Below, in pieces: positions 13,962 through 26,499 of a DNA stretch of 64,000 nucleotides. Both the position numbers and the translations under genes were made by a program. Each line of letters opens with the position of its first letter. Position 1 is the first letter of the stretch. Origin of the DNA: Thalia democratica (Eukaryota); contig OZ241826.1 in NCBI GenBank assembly GCA_965202585.1, forward strand, positions 37,262,001 through 37,326,000, read 5' to 3'. Below the pieces are notes generated by a model. It was not told the DNA's origin and made no database searches. It worked only from the letters and a program-made list of their open reading frames with translations.

Positions 13962-14816
13962 TTTTAGGTGAATGCGTTGCTTCTAAACGATTCTAATTAT
14001 ATACCGAAATAGTAAGACAAAAAGAAAAAAAAATGCTATAAACTCATTAATATTTATTTTGTCTTATGACAAAAGGAGTTTGCTTTAAACTAGACTAAAT
14101 ATTAAATTTTAATATTAGTTAATTTTTATTAGTGCAGGTGTTTTCGCTGTTTCATTAAAAAAAACGTAAATTGAATAGCAGTTTAAGTTTTAAAAGTCGT
14201 AATTATTTTACAACACATGTGAACTTCATAAAAGAAGTTTATAACTAAAGAATTGTAAAAAACCATTTATTTATTATGTGTCGCAAAATAAATTTTGACT
14301 AAAATTTAACATGCACTCAAAAAAAAAACTTATCAAAGTATAACAGAAAAAGATAAAAATAAGCTGTTGTTATGTGCACGTGGCGAAAGCAATTACTTAA
14401 AGGAGTAATAAGTGCTTTATTTTTATCCGTAATAAAACGTCAAGTATAAACTTGAACTTGAATTTGAATACGTGAATAGAGTTTGATAACTGTAATATTA
14501 TAAGGAAAAAATTTAAATAATGTGATAAAAAAATGAAAATTAATTGAAACCTGTCACAACAAAACTCTGTTTAAGACATTAACTTTGTTTCAATAAGCTT
14601 CATTATTTAAAATATTTCAATAACTGAATTCATAAGTTGCTACATAACAACAGTATTTATAGAAAAATTTAGAAAGAAAAAAGTATTTCAGAACCGAAAA
14701 AGTTATTGAACCCGTTTTCACTGATAAGTAATTCTGTTAAAGTTTAAAATTTGTGTTTTCCAAAAAACTAGAATATAAAACTAAAATTACATTTATTTGC
14801 AATTTTAGCTTAGACA

Positions 14817-17800
14817 TTATGTTTCGTCATCGGACGAACTTTCTGCATAATTAATTTTGTTTTTGCTTTCCCTTAAGTTATATGCCATGCTTTTCCCTAC
14901 TTTTTCGCCTTTTTCGTTAAGGTTTTCTCTGGGAATATAAGCTTTAATGTTTCTTATGCTTACTTTCAAAAGTTTTGAATTTTTATCAATAATCGCCGAG
15001 TGTTCGCTAAACGAATGCACGGGGTAAGGCCCTTGGTATAAAGAACTGAGCTTTTTTCTACTTTTCCGTTTTAACCAAACCTGTTCGCTGTTAAACAGTC
15101 CCGGTTCATAATAAACGGATTTCTGTTTGTATTTTTTTTTTGTACTTTCTTAACCTTTGACATTGTATGTAGAAAAATTCTAGATTCAAAAACATCATTT
15201 TCCGATGCGATATCGCTTACTTCGTTTAACATCACACGACCACTGATATTCACACACATTCCCAACTCATATTGTGATGGTGTAAAAGGTGAACCTTCCA
15301 TGAAAGAGTTGTTTATGCTGATTGTAATCAATGGCAAATGTAGGGGCCAGTTTGTTTTGTCAGGAAGTGCTCGAAGTGCTACATTTATTGGATTATGTAC
15401 CCTCTCGATGAATCCAAGAGTTTGAGGACTGTAAGGAGGTGAAAATCTATGGTCAATACCAAGTTCTTCGAAAGTGCGAGTTAGAATCGAGTTTGAAAAT
15501 TCATGTCCATTAACAGTCATTATGACTTGTGGAATGCCATAGTGACCACACCAGTTTTGTATAAAAGCTTCTCTAACTGTTTCTGCGTTCTTATCCATAA
15601 TCGGAACATTGGCTAGAAAGCCAGTTGATCTGTCTCTCATTGTAAGAATATAGTTATAATTTTTCAATTCTTTTTCAATCGGACCTACGAGGTCTAGGTG
15701 TACGAATTGAAAAAGCTCGATATTGGCTGGGTATAGCCCAATTTTTTGGCGGTTATGCCTAGTCGTTCTTGTGGCTTGACAGATATAGCATGACTGAACC
15801 CAGTACTCTACATCTTTTCGTAAAGTTGGCCACCAATAGTCTTTTGCAGTTGCTAACATTGATTTCTCTTTCCCTAGATGTAACCATGTGCTAATTCATA
15901 AGCAGATAATCTTAAAGCAAAAGGTAGGATGATTTTATGCTGTTCATTTTCAACTATTACCGCCAGATTTTCTGGTTTCAAAAATTTGACCGTTTTTTTA
16001 TGCTCATATGCTGATTTTATCAAATTAGGCTCTTTACTTTGTAGTTTAGCTATTTCTTCCTTGTTTAAAGATTCTGAAGTGATAACTTCTTCTTCACTTT
16101 CAGATGACTGATAGTCAGACAAACTATCTTCGGTATCTTCTTCAGATGTATAAATGTAATCCGAATCATCATGTGACGCTTTTACGTACATAGCTGTTAC
16201 TAAGGGTGGTCGACTTAATGTATCGGCTACTTTATTTTCGTCTCCTGTAATATGCGTAACTGTTGGATTAAATTCTTTTATTGCGGCAATGTAGCGCTGT
16301 TCTATTGGAGACTGGTTTCCAATAGGATTATTAATAGCTTTTGCCACGGACAGACTGTCAGTATTAACAAACAGTTGTCGTCCTATAATACGACTTTAAA
16401 AATGTTTTAAACTTAAGTGTAATGCACGCAATTTTTTAAAAATGTTGATTTGACAGCTTTCAAGGCTGGCAGTTTTTTAGAAAAAAATGCGAGGGGACGT
16501 TTTTCACCATTCTTACCCTCTTGTTCCAGCACTGCTTTGACATGGCTGTCGGATGCATCTGAATAAACAATTAATGGTTTTTCATGGTCTTTAAAAGCAA
16601 GAGTCGCTGCTTTTGATAAGGTAGCCAACGTGTCGTTGTAGGATTTAATTTGAGTTTCGTTTAGATGTAAAGGTCTCCTATTTGTAGATTTAGGACGCCC
16701 TGATATTTCTTTAAGTGGAGCAGTTGTTTCGGCTAGCTTTTGGATGTGCCTATAGTAGTAGTTACACAACCATAGAAATCGTTTTAACTCTTTGCGGTTC
16801 GTAGGTTTAGGAAGTTCCTTAATTGCTTTTATTTTGTTTTGTAAAACATCAACCCCATCAATCCCTACCGAGTGACCGAGGAAGTCAAGTCTATGTTGAG
16901 CAAAAACGCATTTCTTCATATTAAGGTATAACCCATTTTTGTGTAAAGTTTGAAAAATTTTTCTGAGGTTATTTAAATGGTCCACTTTGGGCTTACTAAA
17001 AATAAGAATATCATCCAGATAAACAAACGTAAATTCATAACAACCCGCTAATATGCTTTGCATCATGGACTGAAACGCCATAGGGGCATTTTTCAGCCCG
17101 AATGACGTGCGTTGGGGTATGAATACCCCGTGGTGAGCAATGATTTCGGCATATTTTTGAGAGCTGGGTTTTATAGGTAATGAGTAGTAAGCTTCTTTAA
17201 GGTCTAGACAAGAAAAATACTGTGTTCCTTCAGGTATAATTTCTGCAAGTTCATTAATCCTAGGCAAGGGGTAAGACATTGGGCGTGTGTGTGCATTAAG
17301 AACTGTGTAATCTATTCACACTTTAATACTATTGTCTTTCTTTGGAACAATAGTAATGGGTGAAGCACACATGTCTGACGTACCACGTGACATTGCTCCC
17401 TTATTTATAAGATCATCGAACGTTTGTTCAACCATTTTGCGTCTTATACCATTGCATCTACGCGCTTTTACCAATTTAGGATTAAAATTTTCAACTATGA
17501 TTTCTAAAGAATGCCCGTGTTTTACCGGTCGAGTATAATCAGGTGTCTCTGTAAGCTCTGGAAATTCATTAAGTAGATCCCTACATTTATTTTGAAAGTC
17601 TGAAGTAATTTCACTATTAACTATTTCTAGATTGTGCGAAGAAACTACTACCGATTTTGGCAATTCGTCAGCTGTATATAATTTGATTACACGTTTGGTT
17701 TTGTATTGATACAACCTCAGTTCTTCTAAAGAAATAGAGAGTTTATGAGTTTTTAAGAAATCTAACCCAATTATTCCATAATCCCTGTATTCTTGTGTGA

Positions 17801-18378
17801 CCCAAAAATTATGTTTAACAGCTTTTAAATTACCAAACTCTAATATAACATCAACACTCCCTATAGGATATATAGGAGTGTTACCTATTCCTTTAATTGT
17901 TTTACTTGGTGGTTTAAAAATAGTGATTAATGCCATTTGTAAGATTTTTGGGAAGGATGGAAATCTCACATCCGGTATCCACCAAAAATAAAACTTTAGA
18001 ATTATTATCTACTGTGAATAGCAAGTTTTGTGGTAGTTTATAAAAATTAACAGGTGAAGCCTTTTTAATTTTGAAGTTCCAGATATTATTACATTTTGAA
18101 CTATTAGTATTAAGGTTATTATTAGTTATTAGTTTAGTATTTGAGAGAGAATTTTTTGGACTATTTAGAGTTAATTCAGGTTTGTTTGTGAAATTTTTAA
18201 AATAATTTAATTTAGGGTTTCGCATATCGTTATTTTTATTATTTGTAAGTTGGTTATGGTTTGCACGATGGGATATATTAACTCTTTTAACAGCGTTATT
18301 AAGATATCTATTAAGAGACTTATTTCTGCACCCATCGTCTCTTCCTATTATTGTTAGGATGACGGGGAATCGTTTCCC
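14817..18378 (-). pseudogene. pol: Pol polyprotein (protease, RT, RNase H, integrase), disrupted
   Basis: Protease FLVDTGCEISIL...GIIGLDFL; RT LDLKEAYY, FGLKNAP, YLDD; RNase H YSDAS...NKVADTLSR; integrase H-H/CYIC zinc finger, VHLDLVGP, GFIERVH and C-terminal YQGPY. There is a TGA stop at 17316-17318 (KV*IDY) and about four frameshifts. Confidence 0.95.
18331..18378 (-). promoter_or_regulatory. Putative -1 programmed ribosomal frameshift signal (gag-pol)
   Basis: G GGA AAC slippery heptamer in the gag frame (18378-18372). The -1 frame is open into the protease. A downstream hairpin follows (CGTC-A-TCCTA/TAGGA-AGA-GACG). Confidence 0.75.
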
Positions 18379-19658
18379 TGTTGTTGATTTTGATTGTTCG
18401 TATGAGCATAAGGACGTGAATATGAATTTGAATAATTGTAGTTTCTCCTTTCATTATCTCGGTATCTTTGAAAAGATTGGTTCGAGTTGTAGTTGTTTCT
18501 ATTTTGTTGTTGATGACCAAGGTTGTTGTTTGTATTACTATTTCTATGATAAGACTCTTGTTGAGGGTTAGAACGCATCCTTCTTTGATAATTATTTTTT
18601 TTGGTAAAGTGATCAGGTCTGTGATATCTATTGCAATTCACTTGATTCGACTGTAATGCGCTTTCCTTATGAGCATTCCATATAGCTTGACTTTTACGTC
18701 TAAAGACGTCCAGTTCCGCATCGTAATACTCTTTAAATTTACTTTTTATTGAGGATGGCATTAAATACGCTAGAAAAAACTTTATTCTGTCTTCCTCCGG
18801 GCATTTCGCCCATTTCGTCGCGGTCGAGTAGATTTGATTAAAATGTGTTTTAGTTTCCCAGATAGGAATTTTATCTAAAATTTCGGCTAATTCGTTGTCG
18901 CGGTTTAAACAAAAGTTTTTTAGTGAACTATAATTTCTTTTACTTCTTTCAGACATCTTAAAGTAATCAGAAATGTCGACCATATGCCAAAACCCTATTA
19001 AACAATTGTATTTTTCTAAATCGTTTACAATACCTTCACCATGTAGTTCTTCTTTAAAGTAGTTAATCGTATCTCGAGGATTTTTTACAACGTCTAACCT
19101 CTTAAACTTTTTACTTAATCTTTGTGCTCTGAATGTATCGTTAAAATTATTTTTTATACTACTTTGATTTTCGTAATTTTCAAAAAAATGATCGTGTTTT
19201 AGTGGCATTTCGCGCTCGTAAGGCTCTGGTATTTTTTCTACCTTATTATAGCCTAATCTAATATCTAACTTACTAATTTCGTTTCGCAATCTATCTAGTT
19301 CTTCCTGCTCTTCTAATTTTTGAATCGCTTCTAGTTTTTGGTTGTACATTTCTCGTGCTAGCGTAAGATCGTCTAGGCCGCGGTTTTGAGAAGCTAAATT
19401 AGTATTTCCCTGATTTTCTTGGGGGTTAATTGACGGAAAAGAATTTTCCCCTTCGCGTATAACGTTATCTAAATCGGGAGCATTTGGATTAAAGGTAGAC
19501 TTTGCGCGATTTTCTTCTGTTAATTTTTTTGTAACCGTATGTTTCGAAGATTCCGGGTTATTATCGGACGCTGTGTGATCTCCACTGTGAGCTGCTGTAT
19601 CTGCCCTGGTATCCAATTTCTTCTTATTCGAGCGAGTCGTGATTTGTTGTAATGACAA
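18354..19658 (-). CDS. gag: Retrotransposon Gag-like protein
   Basis: 434-aa ORF just upstream of pol, with a coiled-coil-like N-terminal part, a degenerate zinc knuckle (CNRYHRPDH) and an N/Q/R-rich C-terminus. The track start is TTG; the first in-frame ATG is at 19349. Confidence 0.85.
   Translation of the reverse strand: MSLQQITTRSNKKKLDTRADTAAHSGDHTASDNNPESSKHTVTKKLTEENRAKSTFNPNAPDLDNVIREGENSFPSINPQENQGNTNLASQNRGLDDLTLAREMYNQKLEAIQKLEEQEELDRLRNEISKLDIRLGYNKVEKIPEPYEREMPLKHDHFFENYENQSSIKNNFNDTFRAQRLSKKFKRLDVVKNPRDTINYFKEELHGEGIVNDLEKYNCLIGFWHMVDISDYFKMSERSKRNYSSLKNFCLNRDNELAEILDKIPIWETKTHFNQIYSTATKWAKCPEEDRIKFFLAYLMPSSIKSKFKEYYDAELDVFRRKSQAIWNAHKESALQSNQVNCNRYHRPDHFTKKNNYQRRMRSNPQQESYHRNSNTNNNLGHQQQNRNNYNSNQSFQRYRDNERRNYNYSNSYSRPYAHTNNQNQQQGNDSPSS
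19570..19585 (-). other. Putative primer-binding site
   Basis: TGGAGATCACACAG starts 1 nt after the 5' LTR CA end; TGG is complementary to tRNA CCA. Cognate tRNA not identified. Confidence 0.5.
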
Positions 19659-20178
19659 CGGTTTATATTTATTCTTATCTATATTATGATTTTTAGAAAT
19701 ATATGATTTTAGTTAAAGTAGGTTTAAGCTAAAATATATTTCTTTTTTAGTTGTGAAATTTATTTACAAATTAGAAGAGAAATAAGTGCATGCAAAAACT
19801 ACAACACGTGATTAAAAAATAATACAATAGTCAATAGACTAACAGTTTCCTCGAATTTATACTAACTATCGCCCAACAATCGTAGTGAATTTCCGAACTC
19901 TTAGTCCCTTATGCGTCGATAGCAACTATTGATTTAATATCTTGAGTGATAGATTCTCCACGACGTTACTTCCCACAGTTTAACAATGTTTAGTGACAGA
20001 TGGTTTTTAGAACTCCCTTTTTTAAAAAACGCGCTGATTTTATACTAATTCAAACGAAGTTTACTCCTTATATAAAAATATGTTTGTTTTTTTAATACTG
20101 GAAGCACGTCTTAAAATCTGCGTAAAACAGTTTACAAAATTCGCTTTTAAATAAATTTATCGAGTGTTCACAACGACA
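19586..20178 (-). repeat. 5' LTR (593 bp)
   Basis: Minus strand TGTCGTTGTG...GCTCACA. About 16 differences from the 3' LTR counted by eye (~97% identity). Confidence 0.95.
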
Positions 20179-20609
20179 ACAGCTCCACTTACTTGTTTTT
20201 GTGTCATATTTCAAACAATTTCGAGAAAAACAGGCCCTTTGATTTTATACAAGTTTTTTATAAATGTACAAGCACAGTAGTTTTTTCTTTCAGGTAGCTG
20301 AATTACTTTATTCTTCAACTCATTGATTTTAAAGATTTCTGAATTTTCTTTTTTATATATTTTCCAAACATCAGAACCACTAGGCAAAGTTCTGTCATGA
20401 AAGTAATGAATTAATGAAAAATCTAATGATCTATCGTTATTAAGTTCAGAACATTCCATGCCACTCGTTACTTTTTGGTTGTTTTCAGCAATTAAAGAAA
20501 CAACAACATCAAAATCCTTTTGAGTACAATACCGATTTTGGTACAACAGAGTTAGTACTTCTGTTGACATTTCTCCTGTTAAAAACTTGTGATGATATCC
20601 ATGTGACAT
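20179..20609 (-). pseudogene. Kelch-repeat gene, 5' part
   Basis: ERKNYCACTFIKNLY...RNCLKYDTKTSKWS joins across the TSD to the 10078-10540 part; frameshift near 20230. Confidence 0.75.
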
Positions 20610-21229
20610 GATGAGACTCAGTAATACTTGTTGTAGCTTATACTGTATATAATTTTTTTGTAGCTAATAAAGTATTTACAGTTTAGTAATTTATTAAAGG
20701 TATAACAAAATTTAGAAATAAAGCTTTTTTTAAAAATAAGTGAGTAAACTTTGTGTTCGTTTCACTGATGTTTGGTTACATTGCTGTTATTTAATAAAAA
20801 TTAAAAAGTACCTAGATTTCATATAATTCAAACTTTTACTGACACATGGTAAAATAATATTATTAAGTAGTTAATTTAGAATATTAATAAACTAACTTTT
20901 GTTATTTACTGCTTGAATTATTTATAAACAAATAGATCTTTCTACAAAATCTTAATCTGTAACAACTAAAGGAAATACTGGAAAGAAAAAAATGAAACTA
21001 TTGTTTTAAAATAACACTTAGTTGTGATTGATAGTGACCAATCTATAAAGAAAATTCGGGATGTATATCAGTCTTAAAATAATAATTGTAAATAAAATGA
21101 TGAAAAGTTTTCAATAAAACAAAATTTTAGAATAAAAATTTTCTAAATTTTTTTATTTGAATTTTGATAAATTCTGTATAAAATAAAATTTCAAGTTATT
21201 TTAATTTAGGTTTAGCTAGTTTTTAAAAA

Positions 21230-22200
21230 TAGTTTTAAATTATTTTCAGGATAAAAACTAAAAAAAAAATCAAAATAGTCTTTAGGGTCGTAATTTTTAA
21301 TAAAGTGTTGAGACAAGTTTAAATTTTTCAAGTAAATTATAAAGATGTTTAATTTTTACTTTACGTGTTTTATGAAAAGGCAAATGAAAATTTTCATATT
21401 AGTTTGAACATCGAAACATTAAAACTATTTTGGTAAATTTCTTTAAAAAAATCGTTAAGAAATTTTTTACTGTTGATTAAAACCAACTTATTTTTTTAAA
21501 ATAGTTTACAATTTATCTAAAATAGACTTGTTAACATGATTAAATGAAACTTCTTAGTTTTATACAAATAATTGCTTGCAAGATTGCTAAATGGTTAATT
21601 ATTATAATTTTCGTACTTTAAAGTGTTATTGTTAACATCTATTTAAATTACTCGTACTTAAAAAATATCACTAGAGAAGTTAATGCATAACAATCTGTAT
21701 TTAAAAAAGGCTGGATTCAGGAGTTTATAGTATTAACTGTAAATAAGAATAGTATAGAAAGTTATGCAATTTTAGATACTAAACGTTCAGAGAAAACAAA
21801 GTTTAGCCGAAATCAAAATGTGTTCTCAAAATTTTAAAAAGTTTATAAAACAAATTTCTAAGTTTTTAAAAAGTAACAGTAAACCACTTCACAAAACTAT
21901 ACGAAAAATTTTAATTTAAGTTCGGAATTCAATTTTCATAATTTAATATTAATATTCATTTATTTATGATGTTTTATTAAAGAACAATATTCATAACAAT
22001 TTGTTTTTAATTGTAATGAAGACATTAATGCATCGTTGTTTATGGAGATAAAGGGTTTAGTTTACAATTAAATAACAATAGATTAATGTTAACTTAATCA
22101 TTAATACTGAGTTCAATTATCGGTTCTTAGCCACATGACTGATATCTAGTGTGTAGAATTAAATAAATTTTAATTTATATATATTTATTTTAATAGATGT
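21230..22200 (+). repeat. Family A copy
   Basis: Cores at ~21545 and ~22118, more diverged. Confidence 0.7.
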
Positions 22201-22587
22201 TTAAATAATAAATACTCTTGCTATCAATTCTTATATCTAAAAAAAATTTGCAATATTTAACAAAGAAAAACTAAAAAAAGTTAAATACTGTTATTGTTTT
22301 GTATAAACAAATTGTTGCTGTTTAGTTTATAAGCATTACAAAAATTAAAAATGTTTAACTATGAAGTCACACTAGTATTTGTTAGATTTTGTAGATATTT
22401 TAATTTTTGTAACCTATTTTTTCAAAAACAATTTGAGATTTTTTTTTAAACTATACTTTAAAAATATCAACTTGTAGGTACAAAAGTTATATAACTTCAT
22501 TTACAAACAAGTTATTATTTTCGAACTTCTTAAACAAAACTTCTAAGAAATACTTTTAATTTTCTAGCTAAATATTTTTTATTAATT

Positions 22588-23935
22588 TAACTTACTAAAA
22601 ATATATAACAGAATGCATTTCATTTTATTTTAATTTATTTAAGTACTTTCAAGTAGAACTCGTCAGAAATTGTTTCCTACTGGATTGGAATGAATACAAA
22701 TTGAAATAAAATTATACTGCAGTTTAAAGTTTTAAGATATAAAATGACGCAATAATCAAATGTCAAAAATTAAAAAAAAGCTAATGCTAAACAAATTTGG
22801 TATACTAATAAAACTCGGTAGAATTAAAATAATCTAAATAAAGAAGCGATAAAAAATTTAAAACAAAACTATGCTTAAAAATAAAGTTTAACAAGAAACT
22901 AATTACTTAAAAATTACTAATATAAGGATTTAAAAAGTCTAGTTTGGTAAACGAACTTTTTCTGCTTACATAAACTTGGCCTTAAAGATTGAATACATAA
23001 GACTTCCAGAATATGCAATTCAAAAGAGTTTTCCGCTCTCACTAAGACTGAAAAACTGTCCTTTTTATAATTTTTAACACACTCAGGATTGTCCAACAAA
23101 TGTTGCCTAATCGCCGAGAAGTATTTTTTAGTTGGTTTCTCAGAACGGCCATCAAACCACTTTTTCAAGACTTTCGGAACATGTTGATCGATTCTCACAT
23201 GAAACCTTTGAGATGTTTTTCCCACGTAGTCACTACCACAGTGACAACTTAATTTATAGATGATGTTACTTTTTTCATGGGTGGGAGAAACATCTTTGTA
23301 AATACCATTTAGAGGTCAATCAGTATACAAAACTGTTCTTAAATGAACAGAGCTAAAAACTTAGCTTATTTCCTCTGAAATTTTCTGAGAAAACCTCTCA
23401 GAAATATTTTCAAGGTAAGGAAGTTTTAAGTTTAAAAAAACTATAAAATTAAGTAAATTATAAAAAGGACAATTTTTCAGTCTTAGTGAGAGCGGAAAAC
23501 TCACTTGCATATTCTGGAAGTCTTATGTATTCAATCTTTAAGGCCAAGTTTATGTAAGCAGAAAAATTTCGTATACCAAACTAGACTTTTTAAATCCTTA
23601 TATTAGTAATTTTTAAGTAATTTGTTTTTTGTTAAACTTCATTTTTTAGCATAGTTTTATTTTTTAATTTTTATCGCTTCTTTATTTACATTGTTTTAAT
23701 TCTACCGAGTTTTATTAGTGTACCAAATTTGTTTAGCATTAGCTTTTATTTAATTTTTAACGTTTGGTTAGTACGTCATTTTATATCTTAAAACTTTAAA
23801 CTGCAGTATAATTTTATTTCAATTTGTATTCATTCCAATCCAGTAGGAAACAATTTCTGACGAGTCCTACTTGAAAGTACTTAAATAAATTAAAATAAAA
23901 TGAAATGCATTCTGTTATATATTTTTAGTAAGTTA
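22588..23935. mobile_element. Penelope-like element fragment with inverted duplicated 3' end
   Basis: Arms 22588-~23075 and ~23450-23935 are inverted copies of each other; a GIY-YIG coding remnant lies on the minus strand. Confidence 0.85.
22917..23430 (-). pseudogene. GIY-YIG endonuclease domain of a Penelope-like retroelement
   Basis: LKLPYL...SNIIYKLSCHCGSDYVGKTSQRFHVRIDQH...HLLDNPEC...LEVLCIQSLRPSLCKQK. Confidence 0.9.
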
Positions 23936-26499
23936 TGCACCGGAAAAAAGCTATTAATATAACTATTTTAATTTGAGTTGTTTTGGAATAAACAAGTTTT
24001 GTTCGTCTTTTAAAAAATAATTTTTGAACTACTTAAAATGTACCTATATCTTAACAGAAATTTTATAAGATGTTATTTTTTATAGAAAAATATTCTAATT
24101 AAAAATTATTGTTATGTCACTATTCTATATGTTTTCACATTTTATAATATATGCTTGCATGAAAATGCTCTGTTCTATAAACTTGTCTCTACTTCATCAT
24201 GATTTATATGATCGAAACTAGTTGTAGAAATAAGCAAATAAAGTATCGCAGATTTATTTATTAATTTTTAGAGTTAAATTTCACTATAATTTGATACCGA
24301 CAAAGGAAAATCAAACAGAAAAGTAAAAAGGTAGAAAAAAGAAGATTTAAAGCAATTTTTTTATATTATTTTGCATGCTGTAGATATTAGTTCAGATAGT
24401 TAGTAATAGTAAAATTTACAATTAATACATTTATTTAAGGGTTATTAGCTTTTGGATGAATCACACAATAATTATTTTAAGAAAACAAATTTAAATCAAA
24501 AGATTAAATTTTAAAAGGCTAAAACTATTAAAAAGTATAGGTTTAAAAAAATTTTTATTGTGTTAAAATAAATTTATATTTTAACAGCAAGCATTGTGGA
24601 TTAAAAAATATTTATCATAGTAAGCAATTTCTATTCGAGTTGAACACTCAATAAAACTGATTACTTGCAATTTAGATAATAACATTTTAATCAAAAAACT
24701 TGAACCTATAGTAGTTTTATTGATTGTTGTAAAAAAACTGTTATAAAAAGGCTTAATTTATAACATACCACTTTATAAAATACTAGGAAATTTTTATATA
24801 TAGTATTGTATTAAAAGTGAAAACAATTAACTAGCGAAAGGAAAACAGTCTTTTCATACTACGAACTCGAACTAATACTAGATAGAAGTTTTAGATATTA
24901 CTTTAGATAGTTTGCTGTAGAAATACTTATTTTTAAACTATTATTTTTTATTTAAGGTTACTCTTGTTTTAATTAATCACACAATGGTTTTTGTAAAAAA
25001 AGATATATAAAGAGAAAATACATTTAGCGCAAGATAAAAATGATTGCCTAGTTTTCAACCTTTTAAAAAATTAAAACTTTTAAACAGTAAACTTTTAAAA
25101 TTTCTTACTTAAATTAAAATACTTTTTTATGCTAAAAATGAAAAGCTTTGATATGTAGCTATTAATATTAGTTAGCAATTTAAATTCGACTTGGACTATT
25201 GAAACTTTTTAAATATTTGAAACTAGGTAACATAACATCAATTATTAAAAAAAAATTTAAGCTTTAAAGTCACTTTATAAAACATGTACGGTATAGTTTT
25301 CTTAATTATAATTATTGATTAATTTGCTTTTACTGATATTTATCTTAGAAACTTAATGCTACTAATAATTTGGTATAATATATATAAATATAAACACTGT
25401 TAGACAAGTACTGTATAAATGAATTAGCTTGTGAGTACAGTTTGTAAAACTTCTGTTAACATTTATCAATATTACAAAGTTGTAAATGTTTTAAAAACTT
25501 AATAAAGCTAAATTCACATTACAAAATAATTAAAAATCTTATAATTAACCAAAAACAAATTTCCAAATACCAATTAGTTACAGTTATTATGATAAATTAG
25601 AATACTAGTACAAGTAACTAAATATAATCTAATTGACTTATATTTCATAATTCGTAACATATTGAAGTAAGTATGTAGTTTAATAAAAAAAATTAATAAA
25701 ATAATTTTTTTATGAGAAAGTTAATTTTAAATGTTTATTATATTTTTAAATAGGTATTTTCCCTCTACATTAAAATCAATGTATTTTACTGATAAAAAGT
25801 CATTTTAGTTAGTGTTAAATGAAAATTTTTTGTTTCTTAAAAATAACCGACCAATAATACACTTTTGTATGAAAGTATAAAACATATTGATGTACTGACA
25901 AATTCATAATTTTTTTCAATTCATATTAATTGTACTCAATACACAAAATTAGTGCAGTCTATGTTTATTACATCGTGTTCATTAATGTTATCGTTTTTTA
26001 AATCTAATAGCTTTAGAAATTTAATTTGATTATCATTAGGTTTTATATCAAATAAGTTTATTAAAAAAAAGTTTATTCATATTAAAAAAGTTGATATGTG
26101 TTTGCAATTATTTATCTGTACGTTTCATATAAAGCAAACTATTAAAACTACTTTGAAGTTTTTAATTTTTAATGTTAATATACTATTTTTTTTTCTCTTA
26201 AGGTTTTTACAACACAGCAGTTTTTTTTTAATTTATATAAAATAAGCAGTAATAAAATAAAACACTTATGCTGATAATTAGTAGAATAAATTTAAAAACT
26301 TACTAAGTTTTACAAATTTAAATTTTACATGTGTTACTTATTGTTTGAATTAATATTAAATAAAAAGGTCTTATTAAAAATCTTAAACTATTACAACTTA
26401 AACAAATACTCAAAAACCGGAAATATTTATATTTGTTATTGTGAGATATTTGTTTTTGATTAGCTTTAATGAATTCAAAAAGCTATTTTGAAATGTATT

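Larger units (their letters stand above)
10541..20178 (-). mobile_element. Full-length Ty3/Gypsy LTR retrotransposon with gag, pol and env-like ORF
   Basis: Direct repeats at 10541-11135 and 19586-20178 begin TG and end CA on the minus strand. ACAG flanks both ends (10537-10540, 20179-20182). Internal order is gag-PR-RT-RH-IN-env, which is Ty3/Gypsy order. Confidence 0.97.

Noticed and set aside
10112-18656. Plus-strand and alternate-frame ORFs overlapping kelch, gag, pol and env
   Set aside because: Antisense or frame shadows of real coding sequence with no recognisable motifs.
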